From NCBI GenBank assembly GCA_002269645.1, contig NIVC01002520.1:62001-126000 (forward strand): a stretch of DNA of 64,000 bases. The letters run 5' to 3'. This document shows, one piece after another, positions 12,987 to 25,100 of this stretch (its first letter is position 1; each line of letters starts with the position of its first letter). The position numbers and the translations under genes are program-made. The notes beneath the pieces were generated by a model. The model was not told the DNA's origin and made no database searches. It was given only the letters and a program-made list of their open reading frames with translations. The DNA comes from Macrostomum lignano (Eukaryota).

Positions 12987-15900
12987 CCGGTGCAGATTTT
13001 ACAATGCACCTGAAGCACGAAAGCATTCTCTCAACAAATTGCACAGTCGAGCAGCGATAGAGAATGGGTTTTAGACACAATAGATTTGTCTAAAGCTCGA
13101 AAAAATGGTAGCTTTTATCTGCCTGATTTTTCGCCAGTCGAGAAGGGACCGCGAGTTGGGGAGGGGTTAAAAGGGCTGCTTTAGCTACTCAGCATGCGTT
13201 CGTGCCGCCGACACGTGGGGAAGCCTATTCTTATAGAGTTGAATAGCCGGCCCTCGGAGCGTCTGAGCCACAGAGCCAGAGACAGAGGGCAGAGTGAGCA
13301 AGCCATCTTTTATAAAGAGTCGCATTTCTAACAGAAGCGGTACAGAGCAAAGCTGCTACCGCAATTTAGAAGATGGATCGTTCGAAGCGATCAGCCCAGG
13401 AGGCTGGACGGCGTGGTCGGGTTATCCTGACCAGCGACCCGCTGCTGCGGGCCTTCTATGAGAACAATGTGGAGCGCATGGGCGCCATCATTCGCGAGGA
13501 CCCAGCCGAGCTAGAACGCTTGCTAGACCAGGTGCATCCGTTGGCCTGTCTGGCAGCTAAGGAAGACCGAGATGATGTACTGGGGCTGGTGAACTCACTC
13601 GGTGGTAGGCTCGATCTGCGCAATGCCGAACAGATGACGCCGTTGCATTTGGCCGTGATGCACGGCTGTATGAAGGCTACTAATTTTCTCACCTACCTAA
13701 AGAGTAGCGACCTGAACGAGCCGTATCCGAATGGTGACTACCTACTGCACAGGGCGTGCGTCACTGGTCAGCCCGAGCTGGTGCTGCAGCTCATGCGAGT
13801 TGGCGCCGATCCCAATAAGACAAATGCTCAGGGCCTGTTGCCGCTGCACAAAGCCTGCGAGGAGGAAAGCGTCGCCATGGCAGCCGCTTTGCTGCCTAAG
13901 ACCGAGAACGTGAACGTGGCCGGGCAGCAGGGTCGAACTGCGCTGCATATTGCGGCTGCCAACCAGTCGCTTGCCCTCATCAAGCTGCTGTTGGCCTACA
14001 ATGCCGACATTGACAAATACGACCGCAACAAGGAGTCGCCAATGGACATCATCATCCAAATGGGCAACAAGAACATACTGGTTGGTCTTGCCAACTTCCT
14101 TGATCGTTCAGTCACGGGAAGCTTCCTCTCGTTCAAAGAGCTGGACGATAACGCCGAGTTTTCAAGTGTCCTTCGCTTCATCGAAGCCATAGACAACGAA
14201 ATCACGCATCCGACAGCGGCTAAGAAGTTGGAGGTGCCCGAAGAAGAGGCCTCAAGAATTATCGGCCGAATCGCGACCGAGGAGAAGACGGATTTTATGG
14301 AGTTTCGCTCAATGCTCAAGACAATCGCCTATTGTGGTCTCTCGCAGAGGATTATTGATCACAAGATTGTTGACAAACTTGCCGTTGCCGTCTGCAAGCA
14401 AGTCCTATTTCGTGAGGATGCCGAAATGCTGCGATTAATTGTCTACAACACCGGATTGTGGCCCGCCATCCGCTCCGCTCTGGAAGAGGATGTGTTCATA
14501 CTGTATGAGACCTGCCAAGAAATCGGCTCGACCGGCATGGTTGGCCTCATTAAGCACGAAACCTTCGACACGGAGGACGAGATGAACATTGAAGATTTTT
14601 GTCGCTTTGTCGCTCAGGTATCCAATCTGCCGGCGTTGGACATGAGCAGAGAAAAGGAACGGGACGAGTTTCTAAAGGACCCGCTGCAGTCACTGACTCT
14701 CTGGTCGATTCTGACTGGCCGCTTTGATCTTACAGAAGATCTGCTGAAAACCGAACAATTCGACATTATCCCAATGGGCTTAATGTGTGCGGGCATTCTG
14801 CGCAACATCCGCTTCCGACCGGAGATTCCGTCGCCAACAAAGAAAATCATGGAAAACGTTGCTGACAAATGCGAGAGCGTTGCTGTGAAACTACTGCGAA
14901 GCATCACCGAGTACGACACATCCGATAACAAAGTGGTCAGCATCCAGTACATGCGCTGCCCGTTGCATCCCTACAGCAACAAATCTGCTATTGATCTGGC
15001 TGCATCTGGTCAATCGGAATCGTTCATCACTATGCCGAGTGTACAAAGCGCCCTCGACATGGAGTGGTACGACCGCCTGTACAAGCTGCCCTGGCTGCTG
15101 CGCCAGTTTCTTGTGCTGATGGCCCTCATTCCCTACAACCCAATTGTGGCGTTCATTCTCATCCGGCTAGAGAAGAAGAAGGCAGAGGAGCGCCGGTCTA
15201 AAGCCGCCACCGAAGAGGAGGAAGAAGATAAAGAAGTGAATTTGCTAATATTTATAATGCTTGTGAAGTTCCTGATCTATTTAACGCGTATTTTTCGATA
15301 TTTTCCACGAAATTACGACTCGTAATTCATTTTCTTTCCAGGTAATCGGCGTTACCCTGGGTTCTGAAGCGCGCAAGCGCAATACAAAGGACAAAAAGGA
15401 CGAGGACAGAGTCGGTGCAACCGACCGGCGCAAGAAGATGCGCCGTCACCTAACTATGCAGCAGTCGGAGGAGGCCCTGACAGATGACAAGCCTGACCAA
15501 CAGCAGGCGGACATGGAGTTGGCGCGTATGGACTCACGCTCCACGCTACTCTCCACGGACAGAAAGAGCCGTGGTAGACCCGGACGCTCCGACGAAGAGC
15601 CAACAAAGGCCGAGAACATTTTTAAGCAGTCTTTTGACGCTATGAACAAACTGTACAACACGCCGTGCGTTAAGTTCCGCTTTCACGTCATGTCTCACAT
15701 CATCTTCGTCCTTATCTTCTCAATTGTGATGGTCGCCCAGTTTCGCTACCATCCAACGCCGCTAGAGATAATCGTTTATCTGTTTCTGTGCGGCTTTCTG
15801 TTAGAAGAGTTGCGCGAAGCTAACATGGCTTTAAACTCGGGAACAATGTCGGAATACATATCGGACGGTTGGAACATCATCGATAACACAGCCATCCTAT

Positions 15901-18900
15901 TGGGCCTTGCTGGATTTGTGCTACGTTTGTTCCGTATCAACACAAAGATGACGACAAGTGATCTTTACACTTTCACTGACAGCTTCTGGTGGTGCGCTCA
16001 CCTCACTTTGGCTCTCAGCTGCCTGCTGTTCTGGATTCGATTGCTCTACATCAGTACGGTGCTTGAGAGCCTGGGCCCGAAGCTGAAGATGATCTATATC
16101 ATGATCATTCGCGATTTCCTACCGTTTCTCATCATCTTGTCCATCGTGATGTTCGGCTTCGGCATAGCTATTCACGGCCTACTGTTCCCTAACGGCTACG
16201 CCAAAGACAACAAGGTTCCATTGAGCGGCGCCGAGATCTTCCAGCGGATGTTCAAGATCACCTTCTACGCCATGGTTGGTGACTACTCGCTGGATCTGAT
16301 CCAAGGCAGCGATTGCAACAATGAGACAACTACTAAACCGTGCCCCCATCCGCTCGGAAAGATTGTGGTGCTCAACATGATCATGGTGATTTACATCGTT
16401 ATCACTAGCGTCCTGCTGCTAAACCTCATCATCTCGCTGTTCAGCAAAACAGTCGAAGAGGTCGACAGTAAATCGTTCGCCCTGTGGCAGTTCGAGCGTT
16501 ACAACTTGGTGCACGAGTTCCACATCCGGTTTCCGCTGCCACCGCCGTTGAACATCCTTGGAAGCGTCTTCAAACGAATCAGCGGTATCTTCCTGCGGTT
16601 CAAAGCCCGCGGCAGGCAGGACAGCCAGAAGTTGACTCGCGGCTTCGAGAAGGCCTCCGTGTTCCACTTCCTGCTCTATCAGGCGTTTAGTCTCCGTAGG
16701 AAGCGCAAATACCTTGAGGGCGACGTGGAGATCGAAGACATTGACAAGATCATCGGCGAGATCAACACCAACGTGAAGCTGATGAACACCGAGATCGGCA
16801 ACCTCACCAGGAAGGTGGCCGAGCAGCGAGATGAGTGCGAAGAAGATGAAGATTGATTGGCTGTTTCGAATCAAACTGAGGACCATAATAATGGATTATT
16901 CAGATTTTGATGCTTCAGTAGCTACAGTTAAAACTCTCACATCAGAAAAAAGTCTCAAAACTTATATTCGATTTTTTACTTTGTAATAATTTTTCGCAAA
17001 CTTTTACTATACTCATTTTGTTTAGTTTATATTAACAACTCGTATAGTTAATTAAACTGACTCGTACTTGTACGCCACGTCGTAGCCCTATTGCTGTTGA
17101 ACTCTGCATATTCATGAGATGATATTTTTAGACGTAATTATTTAAACAAAATTCTACAATTGCATCATCCTGTTTTAAGCTGAAATTGGCCAATAAATTA
17201 AGCTCATTAGAAGCTATGGAATTAGTAGGATCGCAGCGTTTGTACATGAATTACTAATTTTTGACAACAATTTAATAATATCGTACGAGCGTAATTCACT
17301 TGCTCACCTGAAAGTCTAGCAGACAGATCTGAGACTGTGGATTCTTGGAAACGGCAGTTAGAATTGCATAACAACCGGAAGTTTGCATCGGATTTCGGCC
17401 CATCTGACGAAAAGTGATATCGGTTTTGTCAATGCTAGATTAATTTTTTTATTTTCCTTACATTTTTACCAAAATCTTTACAAATTGTCACTCTGTTTGC
17501 ACTCTGTCACTCCTCAACCTACTCAATTCTCTGTCTGTCACTCACCAACCTGCTCACATCTCTGTCTGTCACTCACTAACATGCTCACATCTCTGTCTGT
17601 CACTCACTAACCTGCTCACATCTCTGTCTGTCACTCACTAACATGCTCACATCTCTGTCTGTCACTCACTAACCTGCTCACATCTCTGTCTGTCACTCAC
17701 TAACATGCTCACATCTCTGTCTGTCACTCACCAACCTGCTCACATCTCTGTCTGTCACTCACTGTCTGTCACTCACCAACCTGCTCACATCTCTGTCTAT
17801 CACTCACTAACATGCTCACATCTCTGTCTGTCACTCACCAACCTGCTCACATCTCTGTCTGTCACTCACTAACATGCTCACATCTCTGTCTGTCACTCAC
17901 CAACCTGCTCACAACTCTGTCTGTCACTCATCAAACTGCTTAAAACTATCACTTCAAATACGAGTTTGCCACCCAGAACTCACCCGCAGAACCTTGAGCG
18001 TACTATTTAATGTAAGTCCCTTTCCAAACAGTACGGCGCCTTCAGTAGTGATTCGATTGTTCCTGAAAGCAAATCAAATGTTTGAACCAGCTGACTAGAT
18101 CTAACAACTTCTTGACGGAGTTCATGCACAATATATTGCATTCAACAAACATTTTCTGTGCAGAAATCAAGATTATTTTGTTCAACAAATAAAAAACTAG
18201 ACAAAACAATTTAGCTCATACTTTAACTAAATTCAACGATCTCATATGCCTACTGAGAGTAGAAAAGTAAGTAAAATTATATGTATTATGCTTGTACACG
18301 CGTGTACAAGATTCATTTTGGGAGGCCGTCCGAGCAACTGAGGATCTAGGAGGCTGGCTGCCCAGCAACTGAGGATCTGGGAGGCTGGCTGCCCAGCAAC
18401 TGAGGATCTGGGAGGCTGACCCAGCAACTGAGGATCTGGGAGGCTGGCCCAGCAACTGACACTCTTGGAGGCTGGCCCAGCAACTGACACTCTGGGAGGC
18501 TGGCCCAGCAACTGACACTCTGGGAGGCTGGCCCAGCAACTGACACTCTGGGAGGCTGGCCGAGCAACTGACACTCTGGGAGGCTGGCCCAGCAACTGAC
18601 ACTCTGGGAGGCTGGCCCAGCAACTGAGGATCCGGAAGGCTGGCCTAGCAACTGAGGATCTTGGAGGCTGGCTCAGCAACTGAGGATCCCGGAGGCTGGC
18701 CAGGCAACTGACAACAATTGAGGATCTGGAAGGAACTCAAGCTAAGTCTGGTAGAAAGCACTCACGACAGGTTGAGCTCCTCCAGACAGGTATTGACTTT
18801 GATGGCTTTGCTAAGCTCCTGAAGGCCGTAGGTGGGTCCGAAGCCGTTGAAACTCAGGTCCAGCCCTTTCAGCCCGTTGTTTGCCTGAACAGTAGGAAGT

Positions 18901-21900
18901 TGTTCAAGTTAATTACACTCATCACAATGAAACATGAAGTTTGCTATTTGCCCCTCGCTACTCAACACTTAATTAGTAGTTGATGCCAAGCCAACTCACC
19001 GCAAGCCCTTCGGCGATGCCCTTGGCGCCTTTGGCTCGGATGTGATTCCAGCTGAGATTGAGCTCGAGCAGGCTGCTGTTCTCCATCAGAGCTTTGCCGA
19101 TGGTGAAGCCGCCCAACTCGGCGAAGTTGTTCTGCGACAGATCCAGCCGGTGCAGAGTGGCCGTGTTCTGCCGGAGTGGGCCGCGTTTGGGATTCGGGCA
19201 TATTTTGCAATTTGGGATCTTCGGGTTTGGGATTCAATGATGACGTGGGATTTGAGAGGGGTTTGGGATTTGGAATTCGGGAAGGGATTAGGACTTGGGA
19301 TTTGTGGAGGGGTTCGGATTTGAGATTTGGGAAGGGTTCGGGATTTGGGGAGGGTTTGGGATTTGAGAAGATTTTGGGATTTGAGGAGGGTTTCAGATTC
19401 GAGAAAGGTCTGGGATGTCAAGAGGGCTTGGGATTTAAGTAGGGTTTGATATTTGGGAAGGTTTTGAGATTTGGGAAGCGTTTGGGATTTGGGAAGCGTT
19501 TGGGATTTGGGAAGCGTTTGGGATTTGGAAGGATTTGAGATTCAGGAAGAGTTTGGGATTCAATGATGATTTGGGGTTTGGGATTTGGGAAGGATTTGGG
19601 ATTCAGGAAGAGTTTGGGATTTGGAAGGATTTGGGATTCAGGAAGAGTTTGAGATTTGGAAGGATTTGGGATTAAGGAAGAGTTTGGGATTTGGAAGGAT
19701 TTGGGATTCAGGAAGAGTTTGGGATTTGGGAGGATTTGGGATTCAGGAAGAGTTTGGGATTTGGGAGGATTTTGGATTTGGAAGGATTTGGGATTCAGGA
19801 AGAGTTTGGGATTTAAAAGGATTTGGGATTCAGGAAGAGTTTAGGATTCAGGAAGAGTTTGGGATTTGGAAGGATTTGGGATTCAGGAAGAGTTTGGGAT
19901 TTGGAAGGATTTGGGATTCAGGAAGAGTTTGGGATTCAGGAAGAGTTTGGGATTTGGAAGGATTTGGGATTCAGGAAGAGTTTGGGATTCAATGATGATT
20001 TGGGGTTTGGGATTTGGGAAGGGTACCCGAAGAAAGTATCAGAAGGAGTACAGATTTTAATGGCTTGAATCTTAAAGAATCTTAATAGGATTGAGATCGG
20101 AATGAAGGATAACTAGGGATATTCAAAGATTGGGGATTTAAAAGCTATCAGCCATCCCAAGCCTCTCACGGTGATCAGATCCGCAAAGAACTGGCTGCTC
20201 CTGTCATCAAATTCGTTGCCGCGCAGGCAGACGCTGGTCACCTGCGTGTTGGCCATGAGAACCTCGCACAGCTGCTTGGCAACATCCAGGCCCATTTTAT
20301 TATCAGCCAGATTCAGCTCAGTGATGAAGCAGTTCTCGCGCAGCATGTGCACCACCTGCAGGCCACCGGCCGCTCCAAGCCAGTTATCGCCGAGGTCCAG
20401 TTTAGTCACGGTGGAGTTCGAGGCCAGCGAAGCGCACAGCGGCTTGATGCCGCCGGTGCCCAGGCCGTGGTGCCGCATGTCGAGCTCCGAGTCGGCGATG
20501 TGGCGCAGATAGTAGCTGGCCGGGACCACGCCAGCCGATTTGCACAGGTCGATGTACAGAGTGCGGCCTGAGTGGTCGTAGGCCGCGTGCTCGGCTGTGG
20601 ATTACGATTTAAGGTTCGGGAGTTCCTAAGATAAAGAGGATTTGTGAGTTAGAAAGACAGAGAGGAGAATGACAAGGAGCGAGGGAGTAGTAGAATGAGT
20701 AGAGAGTGATGAAACTATCTCTTCATCCAGGCACTTTTCGTACAAAGTTTATAGCGACAGCGACAGCAAAATCAACAGTTACTCAGCAAAGTAATCTGCA
20801 CCAGAATAGTAATAATAATGATACGAGCTAAAAACTAATTACACCTGCCCCAATTGGGCCAGATGTGCAACCGACAGCTCAGCCGCAGCTATTGCGCGGC
20901 GCATCTGAAGGCTGCGTACGGCTGTTCAGTCCAAGGACTGGAGGGTCGCCACACACAGCCTCAATTACCCCAGCTAATGCTGGTACCCATTTTACCTATG
21001 TTTCTTGCTCAAGGACACAAATTTTTCCACTGGGAATTGGGAATCGAACTCCCGACCTTTGAGTCCCGAGTTCGACGCTTTAACCACTGGGCTGCAACCC
21101 CAGCCTAACAAACACAGCCTGTCAACGAGTTACCAGCCGCTCTGAGCCAGATCTGTAAAACTGGGCATTTTTTGCATTTTTCGCTCCTCATCGGTTGAGA
21201 AGTTTTTGTCTATCAGATACGGAAATTTCTAGAGATAAAGTGAAACACAGCCAAAGTTATAAGCAATCAAAGCCAAAGAGATCTTTCTGGATGACATGAT
21301 TATAAGGAGAGAAGCCGAGAGAGGGTAGTGAGGAGAATGGAAGAGGTAAGATGGGCTGGAGAGAGTAAAAAAGGTAAACTTTGAAATAATTCAGAATACA
21401 CAGTGGGAGAAACCTTGTACAAGAAAAATACATTTTTGAACATAAGAATAATATTGTAAAAACTTCGACAAAAATAAGTAAGGATCGTCGTCATCGTGTT
21501 TAATAATCGAAAATATTAAATACGCAAAGAATTCTACCAAATCGATTGAAATACTATAGCGATTATTGAGTCTTTATCCAATATAAAATAATTTTTAAAC
21601 ATGAAGGTGCATTGTGCAAAATAGTTTCGATGTGACTTTAGCAGAATGCAAAATAAATTTGTGCATGGTGAAGGTGTGCATTACAAGTATATTTAAGTCA
21701 AATGTTGATAAATTCAATAATAAAAGCAGGAGAAAACATGGCACCTTTTAAGATCATTTGTTGTCGCTTAATTGAATAGGAAAAATCTATTTGAAAATAC
21801 TTACGAACAACTCGGACTTGGGCTAGAAATTTTATGTTTGCTTTTCTTTTAGATTATCAAATTGACATCATAGGGGAATATTGGATTTTAATTTGTTTCA

Positions 21901-22177
21901 AAATTTGAATGATTTTACCCCTGGACTTACTTTTCTCTTCCAGGTCGGTGTCATACCCATTGTCATCGGCAATGTCGTCAAATGCAAATTCTTGATCCTC
22001 CTCAGGCGAAAGAACTGCTCCAACAGCCTGCGGCTTCTTGATGGACTTTCGGATCTGCTGCTCCTTTTGGACTGCCTCGACCTCTGTGGGCTCTTCGGCT
22101 TCAGCCTCGGGTTTAGAGCCTTCCCCACTGGCCTCCAGTGGTGCCTGCTTTTCTTCCTCTGGCATAGCACTTTCCAT
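4403..22177 (-). CDS. LRRC74: LRRC74-like protein (RI-type leucine-rich repeats + C-terminal EF-hand pair), 9 exons, 511 aa predicted
   Basis: Exons (minus) 22177-21931, 20594-20170, 19167-19000, 18884-18766, 18062-17984, 17403-17308, 11309-11070, 9785-9700, 4478-4403. All are GT-AG with matching phases and total 1536 nt. LRRs: VTKLDLGDNWLG, ITELNLADNKMG, LHRLDLSQNNFA, LLELNLSWNHIR, LKGLDLSFNGFG, LEELNLSNNRIT. EF-hands: FDKDRSMSVTREEF and LDKDGDGEINYSE. GYDTDLE and 'GVVPASYYLR' in the N-terminal part are as I recall for LRRC74A/B. Confidence 0.85.
6626..6780. repeat. Small imperfect inverted-repeat (MITE-like) element
   Basis: CATCATAAACCCGAA motif on the left is mirrored by TTCGGGTTTATGATG and TTTTTATGATGCTCCC on the right. 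Confidence 0.4.
10558..10860. repeat. 41-bp minisatellite, about 8 copies (LRRC74 intron 7)
   Basis: CCACTGAATCTAAAATGGACACTGGGCCAACCACCTCACTG recurs at 10641, 10682, 10723, etc. Confidence 0.95.
11800..12098 (-). mobile_element. tRNA-derived SINE, copy 1 (B-box region deleted)
   Basis: Minus strand: A-box-like CTAGTGGTTAGAGCG, body TGTGTCCTTGAGCAAGACACTTAAC...TTTACCCAGCTGTAAAATGGGT, (ATT)n-rich tail. Homologous to 20842-21105. Confidence 0.8.
12238..12368. repeat. Short tandem array of ATATCTCGGACACTT(A/C) units, about 7 copies
   Basis: Directly visible repeated ATATCTCGGACAC motif. Confidence 0.85.
12942..12985. repeat. (GA)n microsatellite upstream of the TRP-like gene
   Basis: Perfect GA run. 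Confidence 0.98.
13373..16856 (+). CDS. Ankyrin-repeat TRPM-like cation channel, 2 exons (13373-15235, 15342-16856), about 1125 aa
   Basis: Phase-0 106-bp intron (GAA|gtgaat...tttccag|GTA) joins the 650-aa and 472-aa ORFs. N-terminal ANK repeats (TPLHLA, YLLHRA, LPLHKA, TALHIA, SPMDII). MHR4-like LWSILTGRFDL...ESVAVKLL...SAIDLAA...ALDMEWY. Pre-S1 LYNTPCVKF, six hydrophobic segments, FWIRLL...LGPKLKMI, pore-loop Cys pair, S6 LLLNLIISLFS, TRP box WQFERYNLVHEF, PLPPPLNIL. Confidence 0.9.
17490..17935. repeat. 31-bp minisatellite, about 14 copies (LRRC74 intron 5)
   Basis: CTCACATCTCTGTCTGTCACTCAC(C/T)AAC(C/A)TG, period 31 (17583, 17614). Confidence 0.95.
18335..18735. repeat. 28-bp minisatellite (LRRC74 intron 4)
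   Basis: GGCTGGCCCAGCAACTGACACTCTGGGA, period 28 (18481, 18509, 18537). Confidence 0.95.
19185..20020. repeat. GGGATTT-based G-rich satellite with a 35-bp higher-order unit (LRRC74 intron 2)
   Basis: GGAAGGATTTGGGATTCAGGAAGAGTTTGGGATTT repeated, degenerate toward 19185. Confidence 0.95.
20842..21105 (-). mobile_element. tRNA-derived SINE, copy 2 (A and B boxes present)
   Basis: Minus strand: CCAGTGGTTAAAGCG (A box), GAGTTCGATTCCC (B box), TGTGTCCTTGAGCAAGA, then a body nearly identical to copy 1. Confidence 0.85.
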
Positions 22178-24959
22178 ATTTATTTTTACTGAAAATTTAT
22201 TTATAAAATTGTAAATTAAAACTCTGTTTTTTTCTGGTCTACAAATTTCTTAAATAGCTAGTATTTCATTAGCTATATATGGTTATATATATATATATAT
22301 ATCAGTGGTAACATATAATACTGAAATTTGATCTCGTCATGCACTTCTCCATATACTAAATCCATTATACTAAAAATGGTCTTGTTTGATCTAAATTTTT
22401 AAGTGTATAAGACTACATGATAGATTGATAGGATTCTACCTTTATACCTTTGCACTGTTCAAAATGCTTCAATTTTTATTATTTTCAATGAGTATTAGTT
22501 TTACATATAAAAAACCTAGCATATGACATATTAATGCAAAATTATCATTTTTGAAGTTATTTCAAAACTTCAAAAATTTAAATGGCAATGAGCCACATAT
22601 CTACTCCTGGCAGTTCATTAAGTTTGGTTCAGAATAGTGCACATATGATCAAATAATAGGTAGGAGTGGTCAAGAATTTAAAGACTAGAATAGCTAAAAA
22701 AATTATACCATAATTCCGAGTTAAACTTACTCTAAACGTTTCACAATGCCTGCTAACACTTAGAAATCGGAGAATACAAGCGATAATATATTTATATTAA
22801 TGCATAAAGTACCGCATTCATTATAGCTTTTGTAAGCCAACATTAATTTTTGGCTGTAAAAGATCAAACTTTAGCTCAGTCAAATTAAGCTCAAAATAAA
22901 ATAAATGCCACGGTATTATTTTATCAAATATATATTTGACTCTGACTCTTCGCGAAAAGAATGTTTCATTCTAAGTTAAACCACTACACTACTCAATAGA
23001 GTTTCTAGTTTCCAACAGATTTTACGAATAAAATTTAATTATATATTTAAACAAAAACATAATTACAAGGTTAATAAAATATCAAAAAAATTATTGCATA
23101 AGTCGAAGCAGTTCCTTTGTTAAAATGTGAACAATTCTCAACACCGTATCCGATCAGCCCGGCCTGCGAAATACATTATAAGCCTGAGATACAGAAACAA
23201 TTTTTTGTAATAGCACGTAAATTAAGTTATGCATTATATTGAGTAATATCGAGTTTATTGTTAATATTGAATTGCTAAATTTCAAACTAGCAATGCATAC
23301 AATGAAAATTGTAAAAGCGCATAAAACTTTGTGGCATTTTTCCGCAAGATGTTCCGCAAAAAGTTCTGCAAAAGCTTTTTGTAATCTATCGATTTTCACT
23401 GAGCCTGGCTAATTACATTGACTGTACAATAATTTAAACAACCCGGTCATTCGTTTCTGTTAGCGTGTAGTATAAGAAAGATAGAAAGCGCTATACCTTA
23501 GCTGTGACGCTAAAGTGAAAGAAAGTCGGGCTGTTAGGCGTTTGGTGTGGCTCGGTGCGAGACTCTGGCCGCTTCAGAAAAGCTAGGCCAAGTGTCTCTT
23601 GAAGCAGATAGCCAGCTAGGACACTAACCGTATTTTACTTTTTTAATACTCAGTGCGAGTGAACTAGAAGGTGAGTACTACATTATGATGGGTTTCGACC
23701 TTCGGGCTCCTTGTTAGGGAAGCCTTCGGGCCTCAGGCTCAGAAATAAATCAATTAGAGACCTGGCCCCCCACTCCTGTCAGATGGTCAGCCCCATGGTA
23801 GCTTGATCGTGTGGCGAGCAGTCTAGGTCCTATAGCTAAGAGAGGGACAGCGAGAGACGAGCAGGGAGAATTTTGAAAGTAGAAATTAGCTAATCCGCAG
23901 ATCAACTAACTTGCTGCCACCAGCCCGTGCGCCCTGGCTCACCACACCGGGACTCTCGAAATCGGGCTTCCGACTAGAAGGGGCTTTGCACTTACCTGCC
24001 AACTAGTGTCTTTTTGCTGTCAATCTCGAAGTCATAGCCGATGATAAGGGACACTGCTGGGACTAGATCGCGTTGGCCATGCAGGTACAGAGGGGACTTG
24101 TGCAGGGGATTCTTGCGGTGGCGAGTCTATGGGGTAGCTACATGTACTATTACATTGCTAAATACGAAGATATGTACTTTTAGCCTTCAACGCGCCAACT
24201 AGCCTCTCATAGCGCTGATGATAGGCTAACTCGAACTTCAGAGACCGCATGATTCATTTACCCGAGCCGCTTGGCTACCCTAGAGTGCACAAAGTACATC
24301 TCTGGCGCCGATTCTGCACTTTTGGCAGTTTTGCTCACTGATTGGTTAGATTGGTTGACTGAGAACTGCCTTGCCATTGGTCCACTGTGACCGACGCCTA
24401 CTAGCTTAGCTACTCATCTGAGCCATCGGCGAACAAAGAAATAAAGCCGACAAAGATAACTGTTAGATTTAACCTTCTCCTTAGTTCACTTCACACTTTA
24501 GATTGAATTGGAGTCTTAGACTACTAGCAGTATTATTGAATGATTCCTGCCTCAGCAACAGCACTACTGAACAAAATGAGCAAAAGTGTGCGCCTAATTC
24601 AGCTACTGCAACAGGGGACAGAAAAGGGATCACCCAATCAAGCAAGTCTAGGTAGCCTCTCACCCAACCAATCAGAAACTCAACAGCCGGAGACCAGGTA
24701 TTCCACAGTGACCGAATCGGCTCGATGCTCTGCAGCTGTAGACTCGGGATGATGCTGTCACAATCTTCGCTGTTAGCTAGCAGGTGATGCTCTTAACTGG
24801 ATGTTCGCTGCTGTCGACCGGGGGACTCGTCCTTGATGATGATGGGGGAAGTTGCAATCCGGGGATCAAGAAACGACGGTCGTGCTCCGGGAACCAGAAG
24901 TTGCGCGCTGGGCCCGAGCCAAAGTAAGAAGAAGTTGCGTCCGAGCGGGCCAAAAACTC

Positions 24960-25100
24960 CGGTTTAAATAGCCGCCAACTGGACCGCAGTTTGTTATAAC
25001 GGAACGCGTCGATTCTGATTGGCTGAGCCGTTTTGTTAAAATGAGCGCCGAATTTTCTGATTGGCTAAGCTCGTTGCTACCCAGAATCACGTGACCGAGA
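24960..25100 (-). promoter_or_regulatory. Candidate Pol II promoter: E-box, two CCAAT boxes, TATA-like box
   Basis: Minus strand order: TCACGTGA (about 25087-25094), AGCCAATCAG (25057-25066 and 25015-25024), TATTTAAA (24963-24970). It points toward LRRC74, whose ATG is about 2.8 kb away. Confidence 0.45.

Noticed and set aside
19185-20020. Interstitial telomeric repeat
   Set aside because: The core GGGATTT is not a permutation of TTAGGG or TTTAGGG.
23685-23745. Possible hammerhead ribozyme on minus (…GAGCCCGAAGGTCGAAAC) and two cUUCGg mini-hairpins on plus
   Set aside because: The CUGANGA core is absent (CTAACAAG) and the stems are only 2-3 bp. An Infernal search would be needed to rescue it.
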